From positions 72,862 through 136,861 of the forward strand of contig CBDFNQ010000037.1 of assembly GCA_965250225.1 (NCBI GenBank): a stretch of 64,000 bases of DNA, read 5' to 3'. A program made the translations under genes and the position numbers. Shown here one piece after another: positions 42,635-52,771 of this stretch. The DNA comes from Gammaproteobacteria bacterium. Lineage in GTDB: Bacteria > Pseudomonadota > Gammaproteobacteria > Eutrophobiales > Eutrophobiaceae. Position 1 is the stretch's first letter, and every line of letters starts with the position of its first letter. Under the pieces are notes generated by a model, which was not told the DNA's origin, did not search any database, and worked only from the letters and a program-made list of their open reading frames with translations.

Positions 42635-43753
42635 CTATTCCTGGCTGGTTGACTCATAAATAGCCAGTATTTTATCCAGCATGTTTCCGAGCGTAAATTT
42701 TTCATTAAGATTTATAGAGTCAAAATGTTCTGTTATCTCAACTGTTTTTTTTATAGCGCAATCAATATTGTTCTTTGGTATAAGGCCTTGGGGAAAGAGC
42801 TCTGAGAGCACCTCTGTTGCGCCGCCGTGATCATAGGCGATCACTGGCCTGCCAAGAGACAGGGCCTCCAGGGATGTGCGGCCAAAGGATTCAGGCTTGT
42901 TTGAAAGCGAATAGACAATATTGGAGATGGCCATGATTTCGCGAAGGTCATCTCTAGCGCCTAAAAAAGAGATATCATTTTGTAAGTCCTCTTTTTTTAT
43001 GCGAGCAAGCAGCTCGTCATAATAGGCTTTTTTTCTATCATCATAGCCACCGACGATAAGGGCATGGAAATTTTTGGTTGAATGTTTTTTAAGAAAAGCA
43101 TTGAGCTTGATAAAATCGTGATGGCCTTTTAAGCGGGTAATTCGACCGGGCAGACAAAGCAGGATTTTGTCTTTTATTGAAGTGTTTTCTTTATACCATG
43201 TTTCTAGCCATTTGGAAGAGGGCGCAAAATTACGCGGGAATTGTTCAGGATCAATGCCCCTTGAAATGACGCTTATTTTTTTTTCATCTGTGTCCGGATA
43301 ATTGTTCAGAATGTAAGATTTTATGTAATCAGAGACGGCAATGATCCGATCGGACTTCAGCATGACCTTACTATACGCATTCACGGAATATGCTCCGTGG
43401 ACAGTTGAGACTAGCCTGGGTCGCTGTGAGGTAGGAATGCCATGCAAGGCCAGTTTATTTACCCATGCTGGAAGGCGCGATCGCACATGTACCACATCAA
43501 CCTTGTTTTTAATAATGATCTTGCGAAGGGTTTTGGCATGTCGAAACGTCAACAAGGATTTTTTGCCAACAGGTAATTCAAAATGTCTGCTGCCTTCTTG
43601 TTCAAGCTGTTTAACCATTCTGCCGCCACCAGATACAACCAGAGCCTTGTGTCCCTCTGATGTTAGATGTTTTGCAACCTCCAGGGTGCCGCGTTCTACC
43701 CCGCCCAGTTTCAGGTAGGGTAGAATTTGTAAAACGGTGAGTTTCTTTGTCAC
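42635..43753 (-). CDS. Glycosyltransferase family 4 (GT-B, Glycos_transf_1)
   Basis: The N-terminal motif GGVERGTLEVAKHL is present. The C-terminal EX7E-type region is PESFGRTSLEALSLGRPVIAYDHGGATE. Confidence 0.75.
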   Translation of the reverse strand: MTKKLTVLQILPYLKLGGVERGTLEVAKHLTSEGHKALVVSGGGRMVKQLEQEGSRHFELPVGKKSLLTFRHAKTLRKIIIKNKVDVVHVRSRLPAWVNKLALHGIPTSQRPRLVSTVHGAYSVNAYSKVMLKSDRIIAVSDYIKSYILNNYPDTDEKKISVISRGIDPEQFPRNFAPSSKWLETWYKENTSIKDKILLCLPGRITRLKGHHDFIKLNAFLKKHSTKNFHALIVGGYDDRKKAYYDELLARIKKEDLQNDISFLGARDDLREIMAISNIVYSLSNKPESFGRTSLEALSLGRPVIAYDHGGATEVLSELFPQGLIPKNNIDCAIKKTVEITEHFDSINLNEKFTLGNMLDKILAIYESTSQE

Positions 43754-43780
43754 GAAGTAAATGCGTATTAATAAAACGAT

Positions 43781-43957
43781 CTAGTTTTCGAGCGTGAATT
43801 CAGTGCCACAGTAGGGGCATTTGGCCGCGCCGGTTTCTTCAATGGGCAAAAAAACTCGTGGGTGGGAACTCCATAAACTGGTGTCGGGCAAGGGGCAATG
43901 TAAAGGTAGGGCCTCTTTTTTGATCACATAATGTGTTTTGTCGTTTGCTCTCTTCAT
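43781..43957 (-). CDS. Small zinc-finger (CHCC/NDUFS6-like) protein
   Basis: It is below the ORF-track cutoff (58 aa). My translation is MKRANDKTHYVIKKEALPLHCPLPDTSLWSSHPRVFLPIEETGAAKCPYCGTEFTLEN, with the zinc-knuckle pattern HC...CPYC. Confidence 0.5.
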   Translation of the reverse strand: MKRANDKTHYVIKKEALPLHCPLPDTSLWSSHPRVFLPIEETGAAKCPYCGTEFTLEN

Positions 43958-43979
43958 GATCTATTTTATGAAATATTGA

Positions 43980-44900
43980 TTACACATAGCTTAACCAGTT
44001 TGAAAACGTCTGGTTTTTTCCGTTGACTACATCGAAATAAGCCGACTGCAATTTCTCAGTGATCGGTCCCCGGGAGTCAGAGCCTATTTGACGACCATCC
44101 AGCTCGCGTATCGGCGTGACTTCCGCTGCGGTGCCAGTAAAAAAAGCCTCGTCCGCGACATAGACTTCATCGCGCGTGATTCTTTTCTCGATAATGTCGT
44201 AACCAAAGTTTTTTGCCAAGGTCATTATCGTGGCTCGAGTGATCCCTTCCAGTGCAGAGGTTAAATCTGGTGTATACAGTATGCCATCTCGAACAATGAA
44301 TATGTTTTCGCCACTGCCTTCTGCGACATAGCCGTCAACGTCCAGTAACAGGGCTTCGTCAAATCCCAGATCCAGCGCTTCCTGAAGGGCTAGCATTGAG
44401 TTCATGTAATTACCATTGGCCTTGGCTTTACACATGGTGATATTGACGTGATGGCGGGTGTAGGAAGATGTTTTAATACGAATACCTTTTTCCATACCTT
44501 CAGCACCCAGATAGGAACCCCATTCCCAGGCAGCGATCATGGCATGAACTTCCAGGTTATCGGCTCTAAGGCCCATGCCTTCGGAACCGTAAAAACACAT
44601 GGGACGGATATAGGCCGATGTCAGAGAATTTTTCGTCACAGATTCAGATATCGCTTTGTTAATTGTCTCAGCGTCATAAGGCATGGGCATGTTCAATATG
44701 TGCGCGGATCGGAACAGGCGTTTTGTGTGTTCCTCGAGTTGAAAAACTGCCGTGCCCTTATCGGTTTGATAGGCACGAATTCCCTCAAACACACCCATGC
44801 CATAATGCAAAGTATGTGTGAGCACATGGATTTTGGCCTCGCGCCAAGGTACAAATTCACCATCCAACCAGATGACGCCATCACGATCGGCCATCGACAT
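43980..44900 (-). CDS. ilvE: Branched-chain amino acid aminotransferase
   Basis: It has the class IV aminotransferase fold with the motifs EGIRAY, AKANGNYMNS (Lys) and EGSGENIF. It is 306 aa. Confidence 0.9.
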   Translation of the reverse strand: MSMADRDGVIWLDGEFVPWREAKIHVLTHTLHYGMGVFEGIRAYQTDKGTAVFQLEEHTKRLFRSAHILNMPMPYDAETINKAISESVTKNSLTSAYIRPMCFYGSEGMGLRADNLEVHAMIAAWEWGSYLGAEGMEKGIRIKTSSYTRHHVNITMCKAKANGNYMNSMLALQEALDLGFDEALLLDVDGYVAEGSGENIFIVRDGILYTPDLTSALEGITRATIMTLAKNFGYDIIEKRITRDEVYVADEAFFTGTAAEVTPIRELDGRQIGSDSRGPITEKLQSAYFDVVNGKNQTFSNWLSYV

Positions 44901-45079
44901 ACAAAAATTCTCCTAGCGGTCAAGATTGTTTAAAAAACGAAAAAGAGTTTGTTATTGCACCACAAAATCAGCAACAGTCATAGTGTGAATGCTGCTGTAG
45001 CAGAAAACCTAAGAAAACTAAAAGCACATTTTTAGTCTTCGTTCTCTGATAATTCAGGAACGAATTATTCTGAGAGTTC

Positions 45080-45412
45080 TTAGTTGTTCTCGTAACGGCT
45101 TCGTATGCAGTCGAGAATACCGCTGAGTTGAGGGTCGGTGACAGAGTAATAGACAGTGCGCCCACGCCTTTCGCTTGACAGAAGGCCTTTGCCTTCCATC
45201 AATCGTAAGTGGCCGCTGGTGGCGGGTTGTGACAGTGAACAAAGACTGGCAATTGCGTCGACAGTGTATTCACCATTTAACAGGATCTCAATGATCCGCA
45301 GACGGTGTGGATGGGCAATACATTTTAGTGCCTCAGAGGCCGCTTTCAGATATTCTATCGGCAATAAAGGCTTGTCTTCATCGTTTGCTGTCTTGGCGAG
45401 AGGGGTAGGCAA
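45080..45412 (-). CDS. ArsR/SmtB family transcriptional regulator
   Basis: The winged-HTH sequence is LKCIAHPHRLRIIEILLNGEYTVDAIASLCSLSQPATSGHLRLMEGKGLL. Cysteines are at positions 31, 58 and 102. Confidence 0.8.
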   Translation of the reverse strand: MPTPLAKTANDEDKPLLPIEYLKAASEALKCIAHPHRLRIIEILLNGEYTVDAIASLCSLSQPATSGHLRLMEGKGLLSSERRGRTVYYSVTDPQLSGILDCIRSRYENN

Positions 45413-45622
45413 TTATAAGCTCCAGTTTGACTGCTATGTCTGCCATCCTAGCCAAATACATAAAAGAATCAAGATATATTTATTATACAATGTGTTGGTA
45501 GAGCCGATTCTAAAAAACAGAGGTTCCGTTGCCGGTTACGATTTTTAGGCAGAAAAGATGAAAATGATCATAAAAAACGATAGATTGAAGTGGTTCGTGA
45601 ATCTACTAGGAGGCCATAATCA

Positions 45623-46045
45623 ATGAGTCAGTCGATAAAACAGGTTACCCCTCCTGAAGCATGGGAAATCATTCAGTCGGATGATGATGCCATTTTGCTG
45701 GATGTTAGGACCAGTATGGAATACGAATATGTCGGACACCCACTTAACGCCATTAATCTTCCCTGGATGGAGGCGCCGGAATGGGAGATAGAAGGGAATT
45801 TCGCCAACCAGGTGAAAGAACTTTTGTCACACAAGGAGTCTGCTAAAGCCATGGAAGATCTGCCTTTGTTATTGATTTGTCGCAGCGGGAAACGATCTGA
45901 GGCTGCCGGACTGGAAATGATCCGTCAGGGCTTCAACGAGGTGTATAACGTCATTGAGGGTTTTGAAGGAGATCGGGATGGGGCAAAGCACCGTAACATG
46001 ATCAATGGCTGGCGTTTTCATAACTTGCCGTGGGAACAGTCTTAG
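45623..46045 (+). CDS. Rhodanese-like single-domain sulfurtransferase
   Basis: The active-site loop is CRSGKRS. A strong SD (TAGGAGG) lies 8 nt upstream. The gene is divergent from the ArsR gene. Confidence 0.8.
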   Translation: MSQSIKQVTPPEAWEIIQSDDDAILLDVRTSMEYEYVGHPLNAINLPWMEAPEWEIEGNFANQVKELLSHKESAKAMEDLPLLLICRSGKRSEAAGLEMIRQGFNEVYNVIEGFEGDRDGAKHRNMINGWRFHNLPWEQS

Positions 46046-46080
46046 GGGATATCTGAATAACCCTATCTGGAATTTTAAGG

Positions 46081-46116
46081 GCCCGAAAACAGAAAACCTC
46101 GGATCAATCGGGGTTT
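46081..46116 (-). terminator. Candidate intrinsic terminator downstream of tatC
   Basis: On the minus strand the hairpin is AAACCCCG-attgatc-CGAGGTTT (one G-U pair), followed by TCTGTTTTC. It lies between convergent tatC and the rhodanese gene. Confidence 0.4.
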
Positions 46117-46156
46117 CCATAGTTGCTTCTGAGAGAGGCCCTGTCAGGGTTGTAGC

Positions 46157-46918
46157 TTAACTTTCCGGCTCAATGATGTCTTCTGCATCAGCCGATTTAT
46201 CGGGCGTAGGTTTAATAAACTTCGCGCCCAATAATAGTCCGAGTTCGAATAACAACCATATAGGGACGGCTAACATTACCTGTGAAATGATGTCGGGTGG
46301 CGTCAGTAACATGCCAAACACGAATGCTGCGATGATGATGTAAGGACGTTGGCGCCGCAGCGTTTCAACATCGGTCACTCCTGACCATAAGACAACGATG
46401 GTGAAAACCGGCACCTCAAACGCTAAGCCAAAGGCAAAGAACAGTTTGATAATGAAATTAAGGTAATGACTGATGTCGGTCATTATCGTAACTCCCTCTG
46501 GCACGGTTGCTGTAAGAAAGGAGAATAACAGCGGGAATACGACATAGAATGAAAACGCCACGCCAAGATAAAACAGAACGATACTCGATAAGAGTAACGG
46601 AACGGCAAGTCGTCTTTCTTTTTTATAGAGTCCTGGGGCAACAAATCCCCAGGCCTGGTACAGCAAGTAAGGCATCACCAGAAAGAGTGCGACAAACAGG
46701 GTGAGTTTGAACGGGGTCAGGAACGGTGCTGCAACCTCTGTGGCGATCATGCTGCTATTTTCTGGCAATTGATCAAGAAGGGGTGTTGCGATCAGGCTAT
46801 AAATGTCATTTGAAAATGCTGCGAGCAGCAGAAATACAATTGCAGCAGCTGCGATGCAGCGAATAAAGCGCGTTCGTAACTCGATTAAATGCGAAACCAG
46901 TGTATGTTGCTCAGTCAT
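46157..46918 (-). CDS. tatC: Twin-arginine translocase subunit TatC
   Basis: The N-terminus MTEQHTLVSHLIELRTRF matches the canonical TatC start. The protein has 6 TM helices. The maximal ORF begins at 46954. Confidence 0.9.
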   Translation of the reverse strand: MTEQHTLVSHLIELRTRFIRCIAAAAIVFLLLAAFSNDIYSLIATPLLDQLPENSSMIATEVAAPFLTPFKLTLFVALFLVMPYLLYQAWGFVAPGLYKKERRLAVPLLLSSIVLFYLGVAFSFYVVFPLLFSFLTATVPEGVTIMTDISHYLNFIIKLFFAFGLAFEVPVFTIVVLWSGVTDVETLRRQRPYIIIAAFVFGMLLTPPDIISQVMLAVPIWLLFELGLLLGAKFIKPTPDKSADAEDIIEPES

Positions 46919-47204
46919 GACTGGTTTTTTTGTCAACAGATTGTGTTTCCTCATTTTGTTGCAGGATCTTGTCCGGCGCGTCTTTCATCAGGGTGTCCAG
47001 ATCGGCAATTTTTTCTTTGAAGGTCTGTTGTTCATGCACCAGTAACTCTTGTTCAATTTCGCGGCGGGTATGATGTATGAAGCGACGAATTTTTGTCGTC
47101 CAGGCTCCAGCTTTTCGTACAAAAGACGGCAGTTTCTCCGGGCCAACGACGAACAACGCGACTACTGCGATCAAAAGCAATTCCCAAAAACCGATATCAA
47201 ACAT
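46911..47204 (-). CDS. tatB: Twin-arginine translocase subunit TatB
   Basis: The N-terminus is MFDIGFWELLLIAVVALFVVGPEKLP, followed by an amphipathic helix. The gene lies between tatA and tatC. Confidence 0.8.
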   Translation of the reverse strand: MFDIGFWELLLIAVVALFVVGPEKLPSFVRKAGAWTTKIRRFIHHTRREIEQELLVHEQQTFKEKIADLDTLMKDAPDKILQQNEETQSVDKKTSHD

Positions 47205-47240
47205 CTAGGTTATTTAAACGAGATTAGTGACAGTTAATGT

Positions 47241-47471
47241 TCACGCGCCGTTTTGTTTTGATTGATTATCAACCTTTTCGTCGATAACCGAACTTTCAGA
47301 AGTCTCGGTTTCATCTTGTGTTAGTTTTTGATCGGGTTCTTTCATCGCCTTTTTGAAGCCTTTAACAGCATCTCCTAGATCACCACCAATATTACGCAGT
47401 TTCTTGGTGCCGAATAATAAGGCAACGATCGCCAGTATAATGATTAATTCCCAGGGGCCAGGCATTCCCAT
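47241..47471 (-). CDS. tatA: Twin-arginine translocase subunit TatA
   Basis: The N-terminus is [33 protein letters not shown]. Confidence 0.85.
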   Translation of the reverse strand: MGMPGPWELIIILAIVALLFGTKKLRNIGGDLGDAVKGFKKAMKEPDQKLTQDETETSESSVIDEKVDNQSKQNGA

Positions 47472-47499
47472 GATTGTGTATCCTCCAGCTTAAAAATGT

Positions 47500-47820
47500 T
47501 TACGATGAGCGATTAGCCTTTTCTACCAGGCCGGATGTACCAAAACGTGATTCCAGTTCGGCCAGTATTTCGTCTGTTTCTATATTTTGTTGAGCCAACA
47601 TCACCAGACAATGAAACCAGAGATCAGCAGTTTCATGAATAATAGCTTGTTTGTCACCATCTTTGGCAGCCAATACAGTTTCTGTTGCCTCTTCTCCAAT
47701 TTTTTTCAGGATGACATCGAGACCTTTATCATACAGTCTAGCGACGTATGAGCTGTCTGGATCAGCATTTTTTCGTTCCTGTAAAAGGGAGCTCAGTTTT
47801 AATAGTACGTCATCAGACAT
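47500..47820 (-). CDS. hisE: Phosphoribosyl-ATP pyrophosphatase
   Basis: MazG-like motifs are present ([36 protein letters not shown]). Confidence 0.85.
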   Translation of the reverse strand: MSDDVLLKLSSLLQERKNADPDSSYVARLYDKGLDVILKKIGEEATETVLAAKDGDKQAIIHETADLWFHCLVMLAQQNIETDEILAELESRFGTSGLVEKANRSS

Positions 47821-47825
47821 GATAG

Positions 47826-48230
47826 CTATTTGTGTTTATAAATTTCTTCCGGTTTTTTTATGACTTTATCGATTGTTCGCCACTGTTTATTTTTTAACTC
47901 TCGAAAAAAACAACTTTCCCGGCCTGTGTGACAGGCAATCTCACCGATTTGTTCAACCTTCATCAAGATGGAATCGCCATCACAATCAAGACAGAGCGTT
48001 TTTAATTGTTGTATATGACCAGACTCTTCGCCCTTACGCCAGATCCTTTGTCGAGAACGTGACCAATATACCGCACGTTGTTCATCAACCGTCAGAAGCA
48101 GGGATTCACGATTCATCCAAGCGAGCGTTAGTACGCGATCAGTCTTGTGATCCTGAGTGATCGCTGTGACGAGTCCGTCCTCGTTCCAGCGTATCTCATC
48201 CAGCCATGTGTCTTGTTGAGGGCTGCTCAT
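47826..48230 (-). CDS. hisI: Phosphoribosyl-AMP cyclohydrolase
   Basis: The motifs [35 protein letters not shown] and [21 protein letters not shown] are present. Confidence 0.9.
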   Translation of the reverse strand: MSSPQQDTWLDEIRWNEDGLVTAITQDHKTDRVLTLAWMNRESLLLTVDEQRAVYWSRSRQRIWRKGEESGHIQQLKTLCLDCDGDSILMKVEQIGEIACHTGRESCFFRELKNKQWRTIDKVIKKPEEIYKHK

Positions 48231-49000
48231 AGTCGTACTTCGATGCCATGTTTAGCCATAATCTGCTTCGCTTCTACAATCGTATGCTCACCGAAATGAA
48301 AAATGCTGGCGGCCAGTACTGCATCGGCATTGCCTTTGGTGACACCTTCTACAAGGTGCTGAAGACCGCCAACACCACCAGAGGCAATAACCGGTATTGT
48401 TACTGCAGCACTAACGGCACTTGTTAGTTCCAGATCAAACCCTATTCGTGTTCCATCTCTATCCATGCTGGTAAGCAATATTTCACCAGCCCCCCGTTGA
48501 CACATTTCTTTGGCCCATTCGATGGCGTCTAAACTAGTATCATTTCGGCCGCCGTGAGTGAATATATGCCACATGCCGAGTTCGTTTTCCGCACTGATGC
48601 GTTTGGCATCGATCGCAACCACGATGCATTGTGAACCAAATCGTTCGGAAGCCTCGTTAACAAAATCAGGGTTATTAACCGCCGCTGTATTAATGCTGAC
48701 TTTGTCAGCGCCAGCGATGAGCATTTTACGGATGTCATCCAGAGTACGGATACCGCCGCCGACCGTTAGAGGGATAAAAACCTCACTGGCTACCTGTTCG
48801 ACGACATGCACCATCGTTTCACGCTCGTCGCTGCTGGCGGTGATATCAAGAAAGGTAATTTCATCCGCTCCTTGTTGATCGTAGCGTCTGGCAACTTCAA
48901 CCGGGTCGCCTGCATCACGGATATCAACAAATCTTACGCCTTTTACAACACGACCAGCGTCGACATCAAGACAGGGGATAATGCGTTTGGCCAGGCCCAT
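48227..49000 (-). CDS. hisF: Imidazole glycerol phosphate synthase cyclase subunit
   Basis: The motifs [16 protein letters not shown] and ASGGVG are present, typical of this TIM-barrel protein. Confidence 0.95.
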   Translation of the reverse strand: MGLAKRIIPCLDVDAGRVVKGVRFVDIRDAGDPVEVARRYDQQGADEITFLDITASSDERETMVHVVEQVASEVFIPLTVGGGIRTLDDIRKMLIAGADKVSINTAAVNNPDFVNEASERFGSQCIVVAIDAKRISAENELGMWHIFTHGGRNDTSLDAIEWAKEMCQRGAGEILLTSMDRDGTRIGFDLELTSAVSAAVTIPVIASGGVGGLQHLVEGVTKGNADAVLAASIFHFGEHTIVEAKQIMAKHGIEVRL

Positions 49001-49012
49001 GATGAATTAATT

Positions 49013-49768
49013 TCAGATAGATTTACTATTCAGGGGACAGATGTCATCCGCCAGTTCCTGGGCTTCAGAAAAATTGAGAGTACCTTCGTAAATTGCTCGG
49101 CCTGTGATCGCGCCTTCGATACCTTCTTCGGCTACGTTACACAGCGAACGGATGTCGTCAAGGTTTGTAATGCCGCCTGAAGCAATGATGGGGATGGTAA
49201 TGTTTCTCGATAATTCCACAGTAGCCTCAATATTGACACTGGTTAACATGCCGTCACGGCTAATATCCGTAAAGATAATCGCTGCGACACCGTCATCTTC
49301 AAAACGTTTGGCCATATCATTGGCATCATGATGCGAGAGTTTTGACCAGCCTTCAGTCGCCAGCTTGCCTTCTTTGGCATCCAGCCCAACAATAATATGA
49401 CCGGGAAATTCCAGACAAATATCCGAGACAAAGTGTGGCGCAGTCACTGCTTTGGTACCAATAATGACATATTTAACACCAGCATCAAGATAGGTTTGTA
49501 TGGTGTCTTCGGTGCGAATGCCACCGCCAACCTGAACAGGGATATCTGGAAAGCTTTCGACAATATCATGAACGATATCGGCATTTTCTGGCCGTCCCAG
49601 GGTTGCTCCATCAAGATCAACCAGATGTAATCTTCTGGCACCGGCGTCTACCCAACGCTTGGCAACATCCACAGGATCTTCTGCGTATATTGTTTCATCA
49701 TCCATGCGGCCTTGACGTAAGCGCACACACTTTCCGTTCTTAATATCTATGGCTGGAATAATAAGCAT
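49013..49768 (-). CDS. hisA: ProFAR isomerase HisA
   Basis: The motifs [24 protein letters not shown] and ASGGI are present. The gene lies upstream of hisF. Confidence 0.9.
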   Translation of the reverse strand: MLIIPAIDIKNGKCVRLRQGRMDDETIYAEDPVDVAKRWVDAGARRLHLVDLDGATLGRPENADIVHDIVESFPDIPVQVGGGIRTEDTIQTYLDAGVKYVIIGTKAVTAPHFVSDICLEFPGHIIVGLDAKEGKLATEGWSKLSHHDANDMAKRFEDDGVAAIIFTDISRDGMLTSVNIEATVELSRNITIPIIASGGITNLDDIRSLCNVAEEGIEGAITGRAIYEGTLNFSEAQELADDICPLNSKSI

Positions 49769-49961
49769 TGAATTTTCATATTCAGGTGGGGTTAAAACCT
49801 AATAAATCAAGTTTGTTTGTATAATATCGTTGTTGTATCAATCAATAAAACGTATTGGAAATGTTTTTCTGTTGGCTACTTTTGATTAATCTTAGCACAC
49901 GAATCCTATTTCTCTAGTCTTAGTCTTTTAGTCCTGTCGGGAACGTGAAGCCAGGCTATCT

Positions 49962-52664
49962 TTAATGTGCATCATTCCAGTTGCTTCCGACACCAATATC
50001 GACTTCCAGAGGTACAGACAGTTCTGCTGCGTTCACCATTAATTCATTAATGACTGTTTTTACTGTATCGAGTTCATCGTCTGCGACTTCAAGTACCAGT
50101 TCATCGTGTACTTGCATAATCATTCGTGTTTTAAAATTCCGTTTTATTAACCAGTCATGGACATCGATCATTGCGCGTTTAATGATGTCGGCTGCCGTGC
50201 CTTGCATTGGTGCGTTGATTGCCGTGCGTTCAGCGTATTGTCGGCGCATGGCATTTTTTGCATTAATCTCGGGCAGATACAGACGGCGATGAAAAAGTGT
50301 TTCCACATAACCTTGTTCATGCGCCTGTTCGCGAATCGTGTCCATATAATTTTTGACACCTGGGTAGCGTTCAAAATAACGGTCGGAATAAGTTTTTGCT
50401 TCACTGCGTTGAATACCAAGCTGTTTGGCCAGACCAAAGGCAGACATGCCATAGATCAAACCAAAATTAATCGCCTTGGCCGCGCGTCGTTGATCGCTGT
50501 TGACCTTATCCACGTTGACAGCAAACACTTCGGCTGCTGTCGTTTTGTGTACGTCCTCCTGGTTGGTGAACGCCTCGAGTAAACGTTCATCGGCGGAAAG
50601 GTGTGCCATGATCCTCAGTTCAATTTGTGAATAGTCTGCCGCCAGCAGACAATATCCTTTTTCGGCGATAAAGGCCTGTCGAATACGCCTCCCTTCTTCG
50701 GTTCGAACGGGGATGTTTTGCAGATTTGGATCAGAGGATGAGAGTCGGCCAGTTGCGGCCACTGCTTGATGATAAGAGGTATGAACACGGCCAGTTCCAG
50801 GATTGACCTCTTGTGGAAGCTTATCCGTATAGGTTGATTTTAATTTGCTCAGGCTGCGGAAGTTCAGGATCAAGCCTGGCAGCTCATAATCATCCGCGAG
50901 TTCCTGTAATACAGATTCTGCAGTAGAGGCTTGCCCTTTTGGAGTTTTTGATAACACCGGTAACTTCATTTTTTCATAGAGGATGGTTTGAATTTGTTTG
51001 GGTGATGAGATATTAAACACCTCCCCTGCCAGCTTATGTGCATCCTGTTCAATCGCCTGCATCTTCTCATTAAGCTCGTGGCTTTGTTCGAGCAACATCT
51101 GCGAGTCGATATTAACGCCATTACATTCCATGTTTGAAAGCACTGTGATCAGTGGAATTTCGATCGTCTCATAGAGTGATTTCAGCGCTTGATCGGCAGC
51201 GAGTTCTTTCCATAATGTTTCATGCAAGCGCAACGTTATGTCAGCGTCTTCGGCGGCATAAGATCCCGCGTCTTCGATGCTGACCTGGTTAAAGGAGAGC
51301 TGTTTAGCGCCTTTGCCGGCGATATCTTCGAAATGAATGGTCTCGGTTTGTAAGTACTTGCTAGCAAGCGCGTCCATGTTGTGTCGCGTAGCCGTGCTGT
51401 TGAGCACATAAGACTGAAGCATTGAGTCGTGCGCGATTCCATTCAGAGCAATGTTGTAATTAGCCAGGACATTCATATCGTATTTGAGGTTCTGACCGAC
51501 CTTTTTCAGTGCAGGATCTTCCAACAGCGGCTTAAGTGTTTGCAGGACAAAACCACGATCCAGTTGCGTAGGAGCACCAGGGTAATCATGAGCCAGCGGC
51601 ACATAAGCCGCCTCGTCAGACTGAATCGCAAAGGATAGCCCGACAATTTCAGCCGAGATATAATCGAGGCTGGTGGTTTCTGTATCAAAGGCAAAGAGTT
51701 TGCAGGCCTTTAATCGGGAAACCCAGGTCAGGAAGGATTTTTCATCTCTGACAATTTGGTAATCGTGAGTGATTTCAGGTTTTTTTTCGTCTGCCTCTGT
51801 TCCCGTTAGAGCGTCTAGCCAACTACGAAATTCCCATTGTTGATATTGTTCTTTCAGGGCTTTTTGATCCGCCTCGCCAATGAGTAATTCGTCTGGTTTG
51901 AATTCCAGTTCAACATCGTACTTGAGGGTGATTAATTCTTTGGAGAGAGCCAGGTTCGGAATATGTTGGCGCAGGCTTTCGCCGACCTTGCCTTTGATTG
52001 AATCTGCATTTTCAACAATGTTATCGAGATCGCCATACTCTGTCAGCCACTTGACCGCTGTCTTGGGCCCAACCTTGGGAATGCCAGGTACGTTATCAGC
52101 CGTATCTCCTATCAGGGTCAAATAATCCAGAATAAGTTCCGGGCCGATGCCGAATTTATCAATCACGCCTTGTCGGTCGAGGGTCACGTTTTGCATGGTG
52201 TTCAGTATGGTGATGTGATCATTGACTAGTTGAGCAAGATCCTTGTCGCCGGTTGATATCAAGGTTTTGATGTCGGCTGCTTCAGCCTGCTTTGCCAGTG
52301 TGGCTATGACATCATCTGCTTCAACACCGTCAATAATAAGCTTGGGTATCCCGCTGGCATCAATGATGTTGTGTATGGGCTGAATCTGACAGGCAAGATC
52401 CTCCGGCATTGGTGGCCGGTTGGCCTTGTATTCCGGGTAGAGTTGATGCCGAAAATTTTTGCCTCTGGCATCAAACATGATCGCAAAATAATCAGGTTGA
52501 TATTCCTCAATCAGTTTTTTGAGCATGTTGATGACGCCAAAAATAGCGCCGGTGGGTTCGCCCTTTGCATTATTCAGTTGTTGTAACTGCCGAACATGGT
52601 AGGCTCGAAACATATAGTATGAGCCATCAACCAGAATGAGTTTTTTTTGTGTCATTGTTCGCAA
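49962..52664 (-). CDS. polA: DNA polymerase I
   Basis: It has a 5'-3' exonuclease N-terminus (LILVDGSYYMFRAYH), a 3'-5' exonuclease domain (FAFDTETTSL) and polymerase motifs (DYSQIELRIMAH, RRAAKAINFGLIYG, QVHDEL). Confidence 0.97.
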   Translation of the reverse strand: MRTMTQKKLILVDGSYYMFRAYHVRQLQQLNNAKGEPTGAIFGVINMLKKLIEEYQPDYFAIMFDARGKNFRHQLYPEYKANRPPMPEDLACQIQPIHNIIDASGIPKLIIDGVEADDVIATLAKQAEAADIKTLISTGDKDLAQLVNDHITILNTMQNVTLDRQGVIDKFGIGPELILDYLTLIGDTADNVPGIPKVGPKTAVKWLTEYGDLDNIVENADSIKGKVGESLRQHIPNLALSKELITLKYDVELEFKPDELLIGEADQKALKEQYQQWEFRSWLDALTGTEADEKKPEITHDYQIVRDEKSFLTWVSRLKACKLFAFDTETTSLDYISAEIVGLSFAIQSDEAAYVPLAHDYPGAPTQLDRGFVLQTLKPLLEDPALKKVGQNLKYDMNVLANYNIALNGIAHDSMLQSYVLNSTATRHNMDALASKYLQTETIHFEDIAGKGAKQLSFNQVSIEDAGSYAAEDADITLRLHETLWKELAADQALKSLYETIEIPLITVLSNMECNGVNIDSQMLLEQSHELNEKMQAIEQDAHKLAGEVFNISSPKQIQTILYEKMKLPVLSKTPKGQASTAESVLQELADDYELPGLILNFRSLSKLKSTYTDKLPQEVNPGTGRVHTSYHQAVAATGRLSSSDPNLQNIPVRTEEGRRIRQAFIAEKGYCLLAADYSQIELRIMAHLSADERLLEAFTNQEDVHKTTAAEVFAVNVDKVNSDQRRAAKAINFGLIYGMSAFGLAKQLGIQRSEAKTYSDRYFERYPGVKNYMDTIREQAHEQGYVETLFHRRLYLPEINAKNAMRRQYAERTAINAPMQGTAADIIKRAMIDVHDWLIKRNFKTRMIMQVHDELVLEVADDELDTVKTVINELMVNAAELSVPLEVDIGVGSNWNDAH

Positions 52665-52771
52665 AAAAATTTATTTGTCGATGTAAAAATAAAGAATGTC
52701 ATAAACGTTTATTCAAGTAAGCCGGCAATTTATTTTTCGTCAGTCCATGTTGTTCAGGAAAGAGAAGTATT

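Noticed and set aside
44448-45548. ORFs of 161 aa (44448-44933, +) and 130 aa (45156-45548, +).
   Set aside because: They are antisense to ilvE and to the ArsR-family gene, both of which have clear family motifs. The antisense translations have no recognisable motifs.
45558-45626. 22-codon upstream ORF (MKMIIKNDRLKWFVNLLGGHNQ) whose TGA overlaps the rhodanese ATG, a possible leader peptide.
   Set aside because: It has no SD sequence of its own. The strong TAGGAGG inside it serves the rhodanese start. It is short and AT-rich, so chance occurrence is likely. I have no conservation evidence.
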